In this document: piece after piece, positions 1 to 10,017 of the stretch
Layout: each line of letters starts with the position of its first letter
Numbering within the stretch: position 1 is the stretch's first letter
Source: Candidatus Bathyarchaeota archaeon
GTDB lineage: Archaea > Thermoproteota > Bathyarchaeia > Bathyarchaeales > Bathycorpusculaceae
DNA length: 64,000 bases
Assembly: GCA_963775685.1 (NCBI GenBank)
Contig: CAVZJV010000014.1
Span: 2,080,001 to 2,144,000 of the forward strand
Reading direction: 5' to 3'
Made by a program: the position numbers and the translations under genes
The notes under the pieces: model-generated
What the model was told of the DNA's origin: nothing
What the model saw: only the letters and a program-made list of their open reading frames with translations
Database searches by the model: none

Positions 1-177
1 GTAGAAATGTGGAACAAGTCCGTTGAAGCAACGGCACAGAGTTGTTTTTCCACAGCCGCTTGGACCCGTTATTAAAACAAACTCTCCCCTCTCCACCTTA
101 ATGGAGACATCCATAACTGACGGTTTTGTGGCGCCTGGATAAGTGTAGGTGAGGTTTTTTGTTTCAATTATAGCCAT
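1..177 (-). CDS. ECF/ABC transporter ATP-binding protein (N-terminal part, runs off window)
   Basis: Manual translation (not in ORF track): MAIIETKNLTYTYPGATKPSVMDVSIKVERGEFVLITGPSGCGKTTLCRCFNGLVPHFY; Walker A GPSGCGKT and NGLVPHF typical of EcfA/CbiO-type ATPases. Confidence 0.85.
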   Translation of the reverse strand, partial: MAIIETKNLTYTYPGATKPSVMDVSIKVERGEFVLITGPSGCGKTTLCRCFNGLVPHFY

Positions 178-228
178 TTTTCTGTGCCTGCTCACCTTTA
201 GCGTGAGAGTTTGCTCATTTAAGCGTAG

Positions 229-1224
229 CTACGCTTTTTTGGCTATTTTCTGCCTTAAAAGCATAAGGCACTGTTTGAGTGCATCTTGGATTTCTCCTTT
301 GCCGCTAACCCCCGAAGCCATTGCATGTCCTCCGCCGACTCCATTCAGGAACTCCCCCAGCGGCGCTGCAATATCCACTCCTAAATGGACGCCTGCAATC
401 TCATTGAATTGGCGTGTGCACCGAAGGCTCAACTCAACTTTTCCATCCTTCTTGCCTGCTACAGCTGACATGTGGGCACCCAAATCAACCAGAGCTTTAG
501 CTGCAGGTGCTTGATATGCACTGACATGTGAGAGCGCAATTATCCAGCCTTCAACCTTTACGATTTTTGCTCGTTTGCATGCCTTCAATTTTGCTAATCT
601 CTCTGAGGGGTCTATAGGTAGGGCAAACAACGCCAGCGTCTGCTGTGCATCAATTCCTTTCACGACTAGTTTAGCTAAAACTTCAAAAGTCGAAGAATTA
701 GCCAGGGCAAAATGCCTCGTGTCGAACGCTATGCCAACAAACAATGCCTTTGCCTCGTTGAGGTTAGGCTCCACTTCTGCTTGACTGAAGAGTCGATAGA
801 TTAATTCGCAGTTTGCGGCTGCTTTTTCGTCTACCATGCAGACCTTGCAGATTTGATTCGTTTCAGGGCTGGGTGCGTGGTGGTCTATGATTATTTTCGG
901 CGAAGGCGACTTTCTTATCACGTCTGCTACTTCATCAAGTTGGTCGACGGTGTTCATGTCTAAGAGCACTATGGCTTCGGCTGATTCAATGTTGGGTTTA
1001 AGATTCACAGTTATAGGTAAATACTCAAAAAGTAGTTTAGCTGGTTTGTTGACGCCCTGAGGACAGCCAATCTCAAAAACAGTGTTTGGTAAAAAACGTT
1101 TCAGTAATCCCTGCAAAGCATAGGCTGAACAGATAGCGTCGGCATCAGCACTGCGATGACATAGCAACAAGACAAACGAGGCTTGTTTTTCCTCTAAAAT
1201 CTGAATTAGTTCTTTGAAGCTCAT
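229..1224 (-). CDS. DHH family phosphoesterase (NrnA-like)
   Basis: HRSADADA motif I, LLD motif II, IIIDHH motif III, DT motif IV, C-terminal GGGH (DHHA1). Confidence 0.9.
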   Translation of the reverse strand: MSFKELIQILEEKQASFVLLLCHRSADADAICSAYALQGLLKRFLPNTVFEIGCPQGVNKPAKLLFEYLPITVNLKPNIESAEAIVLLDMNTVDQLDEVADVIRKSPSPKIIIDHHAPSPETNQICKVCMVDEKAAANCELIYRLFSQAEVEPNLNEAKALFVGIAFDTRHFALANSSTFEVLAKLVVKGIDAQQTLALFALPIDPSERLAKLKACKRAKIVKVEGWIIALSHVSAYQAPAAKALVDLGAHMSAVAGKKDGKVELSLRCTRQFNEIAGVHLGVDIAAPLGEFLNGVGGGHAMASGVSGKGEIQDALKQCLMLLRQKIAKKA

Positions 1225-1511
1225 TTTATATTTCTCAAAAAGTTTTCAGCTGCCTTCTGTCCTGCACCAGTGGCTTCCTTCACTATGATTTGGGCATCGA
1301 CGTTTTTTGTCTGCGGCGACAGGGCAACGTCGATTTCAACAGTTACGTTCACGGGTTTTGTTCCTTCCGCTTCCACGCTGATGTCTAGGCGGTCAATGTC
1401 TTTGCTTGAGACCTTGGATAAAACGTGCCGTCTGGCTGCGTCTTCTGCAGTCTGACATAAAAGTTCGATTTGCTCGGTGGTTAGCTCTGGGAATCCGAGC
1501 TCACCCATCAA
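1221..1511 (-). CDS. DUF3194-like small archaeal protein
   Basis: 96 aa between pfdB and the DHH gene, its usual position; pattern LTTEQIELLC..AE.AAR..V.SKV. Confidence 0.7.
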   Translation of the reverse strand: MMGELGFPELTTEQIELLCQTAEDAARRHVLSKVSSKDIDRLDISVEAEGTKPVNVTVEIDVALSPQTKNVDAQIIVKEATGAGQKAAENFLRNIK

Positions 1512-1525
1512 GCATCCGTCCCCTT

Positions 1526-1900
1526 TTAGGATAGGGGTTGACCTGAGACTGGGCTTAGGTCTTCTTGCAGTTTTGTTTGGGCTTCTTTAACTTGGCTGCG
1601 TATGCGTTCTTCTTGGCGTGCCATAACTGTGCTTCTTGTGTCCAAAAGTGACTTACGCTCTGCGAGTTCCTCGTTAACTTTTGTTTTCTCCGATTTGACT
1701 AGCAGTGAGCCAATGGCTTTGTAGATAACTGTTTCATCCGCTGTTTTTTGTAACTCTGCTATTGTTTGGTCAACTTCGGTTTTCTCCATTTCAACTTGCT
1801 GTTTCTGCGCCAAAATTGACTGCAGAGTTTGCTGGAGCTGTTGGAGTCTTAGAAGCCTTTCTTGTACATTAGGCGGTAATTTTGAGATTTCGTCACTCAC
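1526..1900 (-). CDS. pfdB: prefoldin beta subunit
   Basis: Coiled coils flanking a VIYKAIGSLLVK beta-hairpin; N-terminal LPPNVQ..L.RLQQLQQ. Confidence 0.95.
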   Translation of the reverse strand: MSDEISKLPPNVQERLLRLQQLQQTLQSILAQKQQVEMEKTEVDQTIAELQKTADETVIYKAIGSLLVKSEKTKVNEELAERKSLLDTRSTVMARQEERIRSQVKEAQTKLQEDLSPVSGQPLS

Positions 1901-2662
1901 GTTTATTCCTTCCGTACCAGAAATGAGAGGAGCTCTTAATTAAGCATTTCCAACCTGAAGCAGAATTGCTTTTTCGTTAGCAGTTGCGGAAGAAAACTCA
2001 CCTATGCCGCAAAACAATCAATAGGTTGCTCCAACGGTGTTTTTCGGTCTAAGCAGGGTTCAGGTGCTCTCCGGTTGTGCGGGCGCCGCCACAAACAGCA
2101 CAGAGAGTCTACATTGGAGCAAGAGATAACTTGGCCAAAACTAAGCCAAATTCTTGATATTTAAATTATAAATTATCTATTTGGTGCTTCACATAGAGAA
2201 AAAGCGGCATATTGGAAAAATCGTAAAAATTATCGACACAATTTTTTCAATAGCTTTCGTCACCTCAGTTATCATTACATTAATTCTGTATTTTGAGCTA
2301 AAATCCCTTCTCCACTGCTCCCGCCTATCTTCTAATTAGAGATTATTTTACATTAAACGGAATAGCTACGTTAGAGTTGCTTTTCCTTTTCTTATCAATC
2401 GCCTAAATTATGACTATCGTTGCTAAGAGCTAAATAGACAAAGGAATTGAAAGATTAAGATATCGAAAAGCGTTAAGGTTTCAAACTCCTTAAGGTAAAT
2501 TAACTTGTCCAAAAGAAGCGCCGATGGCAAATACTGCTCTGTAATCGACAACAAAACCTTCAACCCAAAAGCAGCCCGACAAGCACAGCACAACCACTAA
2601 CTTTAATAAAAATCAGCGTTATCTTGATCCTTACCCTCTCTGTTAATGGCAACTATAGAACA

Positions 2663-2820
2663 CTCATCTTTCCTCATCTTTCCTCATCTTTCCTCATCTT
2701 TCCTCATCTTTCCTCATCTTTCCTCATCTTTCCTCATCTTTCCTCATCTTTCCTCATCTTTCCTCATCTTTCCTCATCTTTCCTCATCTTTCCTCATCTT
2801 TCCTCATCTTTCCTCACCTT
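2663..2820. repeat. 10-bp tandem repeat (TCCTCATCTT)n, about 16 copies
   Basis: 14 perfect units at 2671-2810, a partial unit at 2663-2670 and one variant unit TCCTCACCTT at 2811-2820. Confidence 0.98.
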
Positions 2821-2988
2821 TTTGAACCTCAACTTGCAGCCATCGCAAAGCCTAAACAACAAAACCAACCCAAAACAAACCCTGCCATTTTTGCAAAATC
2901 AACTGGTGTTGTTCTTCAATCAAACAGAACGAAATATTACATGGAGTTGAGAGCAACATCTGAGAAGATGGTAAAGCCTGCGTTTAAC

Positions 2989-4278
2989 CTATGGCGTTGT
3001 TGAGTTCCAATAGTAGATCTGCTGGTAGTTGGCGTGTACAATAGGGAAGAGTGAGTCATCGTAAACTATGTCAAGTCTGACGCCGTAGTAGGACAAAAGC
3101 CTGCTCGTTACCAACGCGGTCTGTTCGGTTCGGTTATCGGTTGTCCAGAAACCCCAGACCGTATCGTTTGGATTACGCAATCCCCACCCAAAGTTTTTGG
3201 GCAAAACCAAAGCAGCCAGCGGACTGCTTAAGTCTGTAGGTTCCTTGGTGGTTATGGTGTTCCAGAATTTTTCAAGCGCAGCAAAATGCTCATCGGTGAG
3301 GGTTCCATATGCGCCACCTTCGTATGGATAATTGAATATTGAGATGTATTTTGCCCCAGCCTGATAGGACTCCAACATTTGATTGTAGATTTGGTCGCCC
3401 CTGTCAAGATACGGCGGATTAGGGTATTTCCAAGTGATGATGGTGCCCCACTCTTTATTTTGCAGCCGCGCTGCACCCTTTACTAACGCTATTTGCTCAG
3501 CTACACTTGCGTTCCACCCTAACTCGGCAAACATAACGTCGTAGCCACCCATGTAATCCCACCAGTATAAGCCATAGTCCGACGTGAACGAGCGGATCCC
3601 TGAATACGTCAAATTTTCGATTCCAGGATCGCCCATAATGACCTGTTCTATAAAGAAGTTGGCTTCTAAATCATAGTCGTCTTGCGCAGGTTTAGTTCCG
3701 TTGTCGATGTAATTAAGCAATTTTAGGCGAATGTCCTCAAGCGATTGAGCCGCAGGAAAATCCACCTGACTCAGATTTTCCCCAACAACTTCATAGAATC
3801 GTCTCCAGGAAGCGTCGAGCTGGATGCCGCCGGGTTCATCGTTGTAATAAATGCCTAAGAATTTATTTCCCCAACGTTCAGTCCACCGCTGATTTATGTC
3901 GTCAAGGGAAGGTTGATTCCAGAACCATCCCCACGCTGAAGTGTTGCTTGCATCTTTGATTCCTAAGTTAACGATCACGCTCAAACCCTGAGAGACAGCG
4001 TAGTCGCAGATTTCCTCCACTTTTGTTTGGTTTTCGCTAATCGGGTTTCTGCCTGAATCCAAGATGAACAGGTTTGTATAGCCTTTGACTTTATCAATAA
4101 GCACTTGAGCTTGTTGGGTGGTGTTTCCACAAAACGCTATGCCTACGTATGTGTTTGGGTCGGCTTTGGCTTGGCCTATGCTGGACTGCGCCAAATAGAC
4201 CGCCAACATCGAGACTGATAAAACTGCTATCAGGAAGGCCGGAATCAGAAATTTCTTAACTCTTCTGGAACTATTCAT
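2989..4278 (-). CDS. secreted/membrane-anchored hypothetical protein, possible glycoside-hydrolase-like TIM barrel
   Basis: N-terminal basic + hydrophobic signal; W/Y-rich; YYNDEPGG and FAELGWN motifs; several N-x-S/T sequons. Confidence 0.7.
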   Translation of the reverse strand: MNSSRRVKKFLIPAFLIAVLSVSMLAVYLAQSSIGQAKADPNTYVGIAFCGNTTQQAQVLIDKVKGYTNLFILDSGRNPISENQTKVEEICDYAVSQGLSVIVNLGIKDASNTSAWGWFWNQPSLDDINQRWTERWGNKFLGIYYNDEPGGIQLDASWRRFYEVVGENLSQVDFPAAQSLEDIRLKLLNYIDNGTKPAQDDYDLEANFFIEQVIMGDPGIENLTYSGIRSFTSDYGLYWWDYMGGYDVMFAELGWNASVAEQIALVKGAARLQNKEWGTIITWKYPNPPYLDRGDQIYNQMLESYQAGAKYISIFNYPYEGGAYGTLTDEHFAALEKFWNTITTKEPTDLSSPLAALVLPKNFGWGLRNPNDTVWGFWTTDNRTEQTALVTSRLLSYYGVRLDIVYDDSLFPIVHANYQQIYYWNSTTP

Positions 4279-4452
4279 CCTTAAGCCTTATTACAGTGTT
4301 GACTTTTCCTGCCTTAATGTTTTGCCCCAAATAGTTCCCAAAAGTTTTAATGTAAAGGCTTGCAGCCCCTGAAACAATTATTTGCCTTCAGCTAACCTTT
4401 GTGAAGTCTTTTTAAGCATCCAGAACACTAAAGCACACAGGGGCGAAGCCAA

Positions 4453-4827
4453 GTGGAACGTGCCAAAGTCATTAAAGAAGAAGTAGAACAACAAGGCAAC
4501 AATTTTCTAGCCGTCTATGTGGAAGCAAAAAACTCCATCATGATTATGCTTAGCGAAAAAGAAGACAAACTAGGTACCCTTGCAATCGCCGTTCCCAAAC
4601 CCAAAGACCTCATAGGCTCCGTGACTTCATCGGTGCTTTTGGGCGACAAAAACGTTATTTCTGCACGGATGTTTGCTGAATATGTGGCTTCAAAGAAGGG
4701 CAAAATTGCTATGGTCTCCGTTTATCTTGAGACAGTTTCTGAAGTTCAAGCACAATCGTTCTTTATGCATCTGGTAGAAAAGCTGCTTAAGAGTGAAAGC
4801 AGCCAAAAGGAACCCACAGCGATTTAG
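4453..4827 (+). CDS. proteasome assembly chaperone 4 (PAC4/PSMG4)-like protein
   Basis: LGTLAIAVP...TSSVLLG....SARMFAEYVASKKGKIAMVSVYL resembles the PAC4 pattern LG.LA.A.P...ST.LLG....S..LA.RLA.K....V.VS..L. Confidence 0.6.
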   Translation: MERAKVIKEEVEQQGNNFLAVYVEAKNSIMIMLSEKEDKLGTLAIAVPKPKDLIGSVTSSVLLGDKNVISARMFAEYVASKKGKIAMVSVYLETVSEVQAQSFFMHLVEKLLKSESSQKEPTAI

Positions 4828-4847
4828 AACACTTAAAAGTGTCATTA

Positions 4848-5342
4848 ATGATTCGCAAGCTAACGAACAGCGATTTCCACGCAATCCTGACCGTGGTAAA
4901 CGATGCCGCCCTCGCCTACAAGGGCAAACTCCCCGCTGACCGCTGGAAAGAACCCTACATGCCTCCAGAAGAGCTGAAAGAAGAGATCCAGAGCGGTGTA
5001 CAATTCTACGGTAACATTAAAAATGGTGTCTTGGTCGCAGTTATGGGTATCCAACTTGCCAACGATGTCACCTTAATCAGGCATGCCTACACGATGACGA
5101 GTCAACAGCGCAAAGGACTGGGAGAACAGCTCCTTAATTACCTTATACCGTTAGCGGCAACCCCCCAGATTTTAGTCGGCACGTGGAAAACCGCGCCCTG
5201 GGCAACCAAATTCTATAAAAAACACGAGTTTGCACTGATTTCAAGGGAAGAAACAAATAAACTGTTAAGGAAGTACTGGCGTATCCCTGAGCGGCAAGTT
5301 GAAACCTCAGTTGTTCTTGAATACAAAAGGCAAAAGCTATGA
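4848..5342 (+). CDS. GNAT family N-acetyltransferase
   Basis: QQRKGLGEQLL acetyl-CoA motif A; A..FY.K.. motif B. Confidence 0.9.
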   Translation: MIRKLTNSDFHAILTVVNDAALAYKGKLPADRWKEPYMPPEELKEEIQSGVQFYGNIKNGVLVAVMGIQLANDVTLIRHAYTMTSQQRKGLGEQLLNYLIPLAATPQILVGTWKTAPWATKFYKKHEFALISREETNKLLRKYWRIPERQVETSVVLEYKRQKL

Positions 5343-6403
5343 AAACACTTCTCCTAAAAGTTAACCCGGAAAACCCCGACCCTGCAAAAATCAAGGCAGC
5401 AGCTACGATTATTCAAAATGGAGGGTTGGTTGCATTTCCCACCGAGACGGTTTACGGTTTAGGAGCAGATGCACTTAATCCTAAAGCAGTGTTGGCGCTC
5501 TTTGAAGCAAAGAAGCGTCCGCTGGACAATCCGCCAATCGTCCATATCGCGGATCCAAAGGATGTGTACAGATACAGGTTAGTTGTTGAGGTTCCGAAAA
5601 AAGCAGCGTTGTTGATGGAGAAGTTTTGGCCTGGACCCTTAACGCTGATTTTCAAGCGCTCAGACATTGTGCCCAAAGTAACGGTTGCGGGGTTAGAAAC
5701 AATCGCCATTCGAATGCCAAAACACAAAGTAGCCCTCGAATTAATCAAGCAAAGTCACCGCCCCATTGCAGCGCCCAGCGCGAACCTCGCGGGTAAACCC
5801 AGCCCAACCACTGCTCAGCACGTCTATGAAGATCTAAATGGAAGAATAGACGCAATACTTGATGGAGGGGCCTCGAACATTGGCGTAGAATCCACTGTTG
5901 TGGACTTAAGTGTTGACCCACCAACGGTTCTTCGTCCAGGCGGCACACCCTTTGAAACCTTAAAAAAAGTGCTTAACGACCTGAAGCTTCATCCTTTCGT
6001 TGAGGCTGAACATGAGTTGACGCTGCAGGAGATAAGGTCGCCTGGAATGAGGCATAAGCATTACGCGCCAAAAGCCAAAGTAATACTTGTCGAGGGACAA
6101 ATTCAGGCAGTTATAATTCAGGTCAAGAAATTATCAGCATCATACAGGTTGAAGGGCGAAAAAGTAGGTATCTTAGCTACCGATGAAACACAGGCTTTCT
6201 ATAAAGCAGATGTGGTTAAATCTCTTGGTAGTCGCGCAGACTTGACAACAGTTGCTCAAAACCTATTTCGCTCACTTCGGGAAGTTGATGCAGAAAACAT
6301 CGATGTGATAATCGCTGAAGGTGTATCTTTCGAAGGGCTTGGTTTGGCTGTTATGAATAGGCTCCGAAAAGCATCGGGATACCACATAATCAAAGCAGAA
6401 TAA
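5339..6403 (+). CDS. sua5: L-threonylcarbamoyladenylate synthase (Sua5)
   Basis: VAFPTETVYGLGADA, K.RP.DNP.IVH, FWPGPLT, AAPSAN and SPGM..KHYAP linker plus SUA5 domain. Confidence 0.97.
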   Translation: MKTLLLKVNPENPDPAKIKAAATIIQNGGLVAFPTETVYGLGADALNPKAVLALFEAKKRPLDNPPIVHIADPKDVYRYRLVVEVPKKAALLMEKFWPGPLTLIFKRSDIVPKVTVAGLETIAIRMPKHKVALELIKQSHRPIAAPSANLAGKPSPTTAQHVYEDLNGRIDAILDGGASNIGVESTVVDLSVDPPTVLRPGGTPFETLKKVLNDLKLHPFVEAEHELTLQEIRSPGMRHKHYAPKAKVILVEGQIQAVIIQVKKLSASYRLKGEKVGILATDETQAFYKADVVKSLGSRADLTTVAQNLFRSLREVDAENIDVIIAEGVSFEGLGLAVMNRLRKASGYHIIKAE

Positions 6404-6611
6404 TGCTGTCGATGAATCAACAACAGACCCCCAAAAGTTACCTTAAAATAATAAATAAGCGATAAGGTGTTTATTTGTCAACTTTTTTATTCATAAAATT
6501 TTTTAATTTGAAAAATAGGTTATTGTCGGTGCAGAATTGTAATCACAAATTTTTAAATCTTGACACGAGCATAGAAAGTTAGTTGTAAACCATCAATGTA
6601 ACGATAAGATT

Positions 6612-6781
6612 TAGCAGTCAAAGACTTTTCCATAAACGAAAAAGCTCAAACATGCGCCATATTCGCCGATATCTGCGACGAAGGTGCCGACAGTTTTGAC
6701 AGTTTGAGGAAGATTTCATGAAAGTATGTGCCAGCGTTTGCAGGCCGCTGTGTTGAATCCTGCCGAGAAATGTTAAGATAA
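6612..6781 (+). pseudogene. eroded remnant of a Cys-rich four-helix-bundle copper-binding protein (DUF326/Csp-like)
   Basis: Three frames join as TCAIFADICDEGADSF / FEEDFMKVCASVCR / RCVESCREMLR*, a Cx3C-Cx2C pattern with two frameshifts and no intact 5' half. Confidence 0.55.
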
Positions 6782-7111
6782 TGACTATACAGTTTTATGG
6801 TGCGGTTTTAGGTGGTCATTGTTTGCCTACAGAGACGTTGAAATATGATAAACATAAAAGGCCGTATGAACACATTAAGAAATCTGAGTTTGCTAGAGGT
6901 TCGTCTGAAGAGGATTATGAACGCATCGCCGCCGCAACCGTCAATAAAGCAATATAAGAAAAGGCGAAACAGCAAGCTAAATGATATCCAAAATTTATTT
7001 GGACGTTAGTCAGTTAATTAATAGTGTTGTCTGTGAGAAAAATTTATATCTGAATGATTTATTGTTCCGTTTAGAATCTACAATCAAAAAGGAAACTATT
7101 TGGTGAAAAAT

Positions 7112-8785
7112 ATGTCTCAAGGCGGAGGAAACATCCCAATTCTAGTATTAAAAGAAGGCACCGGCCGCTCAAGTGGCCGCGAAGCACAGAAAAACAACAT
7201 TATGGCTGCAAAGATAGTGGCCGAATCCGTTAAATCAACGCTGGGGCCATGCGGCATGGATAAAATGCTCGTCAGTAGCATGGGCGATGTTGCAATCACA
7301 AACGACGGCGCAACTATCATGAAAGAACTCGACGTTCAGCATCCCGCAGCAAAAATGCTAGTCGAAGTAGCAAAAGCCCAAGACAATGAAGTCGGCGATG
7401 GAACAACAACTGCTGTCATTTTAGCAGGAGAATTACTCGCGAAAGCTGAAGCTTTACTTGACAAAAACATACATCCCACAGTCATAATTGAAGGCTACAA
7501 GAAAGCAAGTGAAAAAGCTCAAGAAATTTTGGACAGAATCGCCATCCCCATCACTTTCGAGGACGAAAAAACCCTTCGGAACATAGCAATCACATCCATA
7601 TCCAGCAAGAGCATTAACGTTGCAGAGGACCTCTTTGCAAAAATAATCGTTGAAGCCGTAAAGCAAGTCTCCGAAAAAGTGGACAAAAAATACGTTGCCG
7701 ACATCGACTTGATTAAAATCGTTAAGAAACACGGCCAAAGCCTCGATGAAACTGAACTCGTTAAAGGTATGGTCCTAGACAAGGAAGTCGCAAGCTCAGG
7801 TATGCCAAAACTCATTGACGGAGCAAAAATCGCACTCTTAAACGCTAAACTCGAGATCGAGAAAACAGAGTTTGACGCAAAAATAAATATTGAAAGCCCC
7901 AATCAAATGAAGATGTTCCTTGACGAAGAAGAACGGATGCTAAAAGAAATGGTTACCGGAATTACCCAGTCTGGTGCAAATGTTCTTTTCTGTGAGAAAG
8001 GCATCGACGATATGGTATTGCACTTCTTAGGTAAAGCAGGAGTTTTAGCAGTTAAAAGCGTAAGCAGCAGCGATATGGAAAAACTCTCCCGTGCCACAGG
8101 CGGCAGCATCGGTGCAAGCGTAAAAGACCTGACACCAGACTCACTTGGCAAAGCCAAACGTGTTGAAGAAGTGAAAATCGGAGACGACAAACTAATCTAT
8201 ATACGCGACTGCAAGAACCCCAAGGCAGTAACCATAGTCATCCGAGGTGCATCAAACCACGTTATCGACGAAGCAGAACGCAGCCTACACGACGGCCTGT
8301 GTGTTGTAAGAAACGCAATTGAAGACGGCAAAATCGTTGCAGGCGGCGGCGCACCCGAAGCAGAATTAGCCAAAAACCTGCGTGCATTTGCAGTAAAAGT
8401 TGGAGGACGCGAGCAACTTGCAGTTGAGGCCTTCGCTGAAGCAGTCGAAGAAATCCCCTTAACACTTGCAGAGAACGCGGGCTTAGACCCAATCGATATC
8501 ATGGTCGCACTACGTGCACAACACGAGAAATCAAAGAGCGAAACCTTCGGCATCGACGTCACAACTGGCAAAATCGTCGACATGTGCGCAAAGATGGTCA
8601 TAGAGCCAATCCGCGTTAAACAACAAGTCATAAAATCAGCCACCGAAGCCACAAACATGATCCTAAAAATCGACGACCTCATCAGCATCAAAGGCGGCAG
8701 CAAGATGCCCCCAATGCCCCCGGGTGGAATGGGCGGTATGGGAGGCATGGGTGGAATGGGCGGTATGGGCGGAATGCCCTACTAA
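7112..8785 (+). CDS. ths: thermosome (group II chaperonin) subunit
   Basis: [25 protein letters not shown]-terminal GGM repeats. Confidence 0.98.
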   Translation: MSQGGGNIPILVLKEGTGRSSGREAQKNNIMAAKIVAESVKSTLGPCGMDKMLVSSMGDVAITNDGATIMKELDVQHPAAKMLVEVAKAQDNEVGDGTTTAVILAGELLAKAEALLDKNIHPTVIIEGYKKASEKAQEILDRIAIPITFEDEKTLRNIAITSISSKSINVAEDLFAKIIVEAVKQVSEKVDKKYVADIDLIKIVKKHGQSLDETELVKGMVLDKEVASSGMPKLIDGAKIALLNAKLEIEKTEFDAKINIESPNQMKMFLDEEERMLKEMVTGITQSGANVLFCEKGIDDMVLHFLGKAGVLAVKSVSSSDMEKLSRATGGSIGASVKDLTPDSLGKAKRVEEVKIGDDKLIYIRDCKNPKAVTIVIRGASNHVIDEAERSLHDGLCVVRNAIEDGKIVAGGGAPEAELAKNLRAFAVKVGGREQLAVEAFAEAVEEIPLTLAENAGLDPIDIMVALRAQHEKSKSETFGIDVTTGKIVDMCAKMVIEPIRVKQQVIKSATEATNMILKIDDLISIKGGSKMPPMPPGGMGGMGGMGGMGGMGGMPY

Positions 8786-8793
8786 GCATCCCA

Positions 8794-8820
8794 ACCTTTT
8801 CTTTTCCCTTTTGTTGTTTA
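8794..8820 (+). terminator. oligo-T archaeal terminator after thermosome gene
   Basis: T-rich tract ACCTTTTCTTTTCCCTTTTGTTGTTT just after the stop codon. Confidence 0.55.
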
Positions 8821-8893
8821 ATAGAAAATAATTGATAACATTACTTGTTTCGGGAAAATCTGATGAATTTTTTGTCCCCGGCCACGTTGTTGC

Positions 8894-9124
8894 TTATAGA
8901 AAAGCCTTAAGATGGTCTTGTTGCCCTTTTTGGGTTATGAAGATTTTGCCCTCGAACGTCCTAACGATTAAGCCCTTTTTCTCCATCAAATCTAGCACTC
9001 CCCGAAAGTCTATCTTAACTTCATCCAAGCAAGCTGCGGATTTTTCGTTGAATGCTTTTCTTTCCTTCAAAGTGGTTTCTATTTTAAATCTTGTCCTTGA
9101 AATGATGCCGGCGTTATCTTCCAA
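8894..9124 (-). CDS. small hypothetical protein, possible winged-helix fragment
   Basis: 76 aa; LDLMEKKGLIVRTFEGKIFITQKG resembles a wHTH wing; G-rich SD-like run upstream of TTG. Confidence 0.5.
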   Translation of the reverse strand: MEDNAGIISRTRFKIETTLKERKAFNEKSAACLDEVKIDFRGVLDLMEKKGLIVRTFEGKIFITQKGQQDHLKAFL

Positions 9125-9291
9125 ACTAGTTTCCCCCTGTTTGCCGCTTTTAGCTTGTAGCAGCTCTTTCTCTTAACGATTCTTTATTTAATAAATCTTG
9201 CGACTCAATATAGAAATGCTTGACGTATGCCAAATCATTCATTTATCAAAAAATAATTAAATGTCAATAAACAATATCTTGAGCGAACACC

Positions 9292-10017
9292 ATGAAACAC
9301 CTGAAGATTTCAGCATTCGACTGCCCTGATGCATGGTTCAAAACTTTAAGCGCTATATGGAAAAGTGGGGACGTTTTCCGAGTAGGTTTTGGCTCAGAAG
9401 AGACTGAAACCAAGAAGCTGAATCTTACGATCGAAATCACAAACCCTGAAAATCGACCACTTGTCAGCAATAAAGCGCCATGCGATTTTAAGTATGTTCA
9501 GGGTTACGCGTTGGAGTATTTGTGGTGTGGAGAAAAGCAAGAGGATGAAACCTACACCTATGGCAGTCGGCTTAATCATCCTGTTAATCAGGTTGAGGAA
9601 GCAATTAAACGATACATCGAAGAGCAAAGAGACCGGCAGGTTACAATGGTTATCAGGTTACCTGATGACATAAAAAAATACAGTGAAAACCGCAAAAAAA
9701 GTGAACCACCCTGCTTAAGCCTGATTGATACCGAAATCCTTGACAACCAGATGCATCTTACCTGTTATTTTCGCAGCTGGGATTCATATGGCGGTTTGCC
9801 AGCCAACATTGCTGGATTGCAACTTTTTAACGAAGCTTTTGTGAGCGAAATAAACGAGCGCGGCAACCTTTCATTGAAAACTGGCAAATTAATTTTCCAT
9901 GCAAAGAACTGCCACATTTACCAAAGACAATACAACCTTGTCAAAGACCTCTTAGAGCCCAAAGGCAGCGCAAAGCGTCTCGCAAATACACTAAAGCAAA
10001 CCGAAGAAGAAAACTAA
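9292..10017 (+). CDS. thyA: thymidylate synthase, archaeal ThyA type
   Basis: YTYG.R, PPCL catalytic Cys, FRSWD, GLPAN, HIY motifs. Confidence 0.9.
   Translation: MKHLKISAFDCPDAWFKTLSAIWKSGDVFRVGFGSEETETKKLNLTIEITNPENRPLVSNKAPCDFKYVQGYALEYLWCGEKQEDETYTYGSRLNHPVNQVEEAIKRYIEEQRDRQVTMVIRLPDDIKKYSENRKKSEPPCLSLIDTEILDNQMHLTCYFRSWDSYGGLPANIAGLQLFNEAFVSEINERGNLSLKTGKLIFHAKNCHIYQRQYNLVKDLLEPKGSAKRLANTLKQTEEEN

Noticed and set aside
2184-2407. Two hydrophobic ORF fragments that might be a frameshifted small membrane gene
   Set aside because: No recognisable family; AT/T-rich DNA gives such peptides by chance
2663-2820. Possible CRISPR array
   Set aside because: Units are contiguous with no spacers, and no cas genes are present
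2624-2950. 108-aa ORF with LIFPHLSSSF repeats
   Set aside because: It is the translation of the 10-bp tandem repeat, which has no stop on this strand; no independent coding signal
8197-8748. Long antisense ORFs over the thermosomes (also 53697-54278), moeA, rps4 and others
   Set aside because: Shadow ORFs of highly biased sense genes; no motifs
8722-8780. Repetitive GGxATG tract
   Set aside because: Ordinary GGM tail of chaperonins
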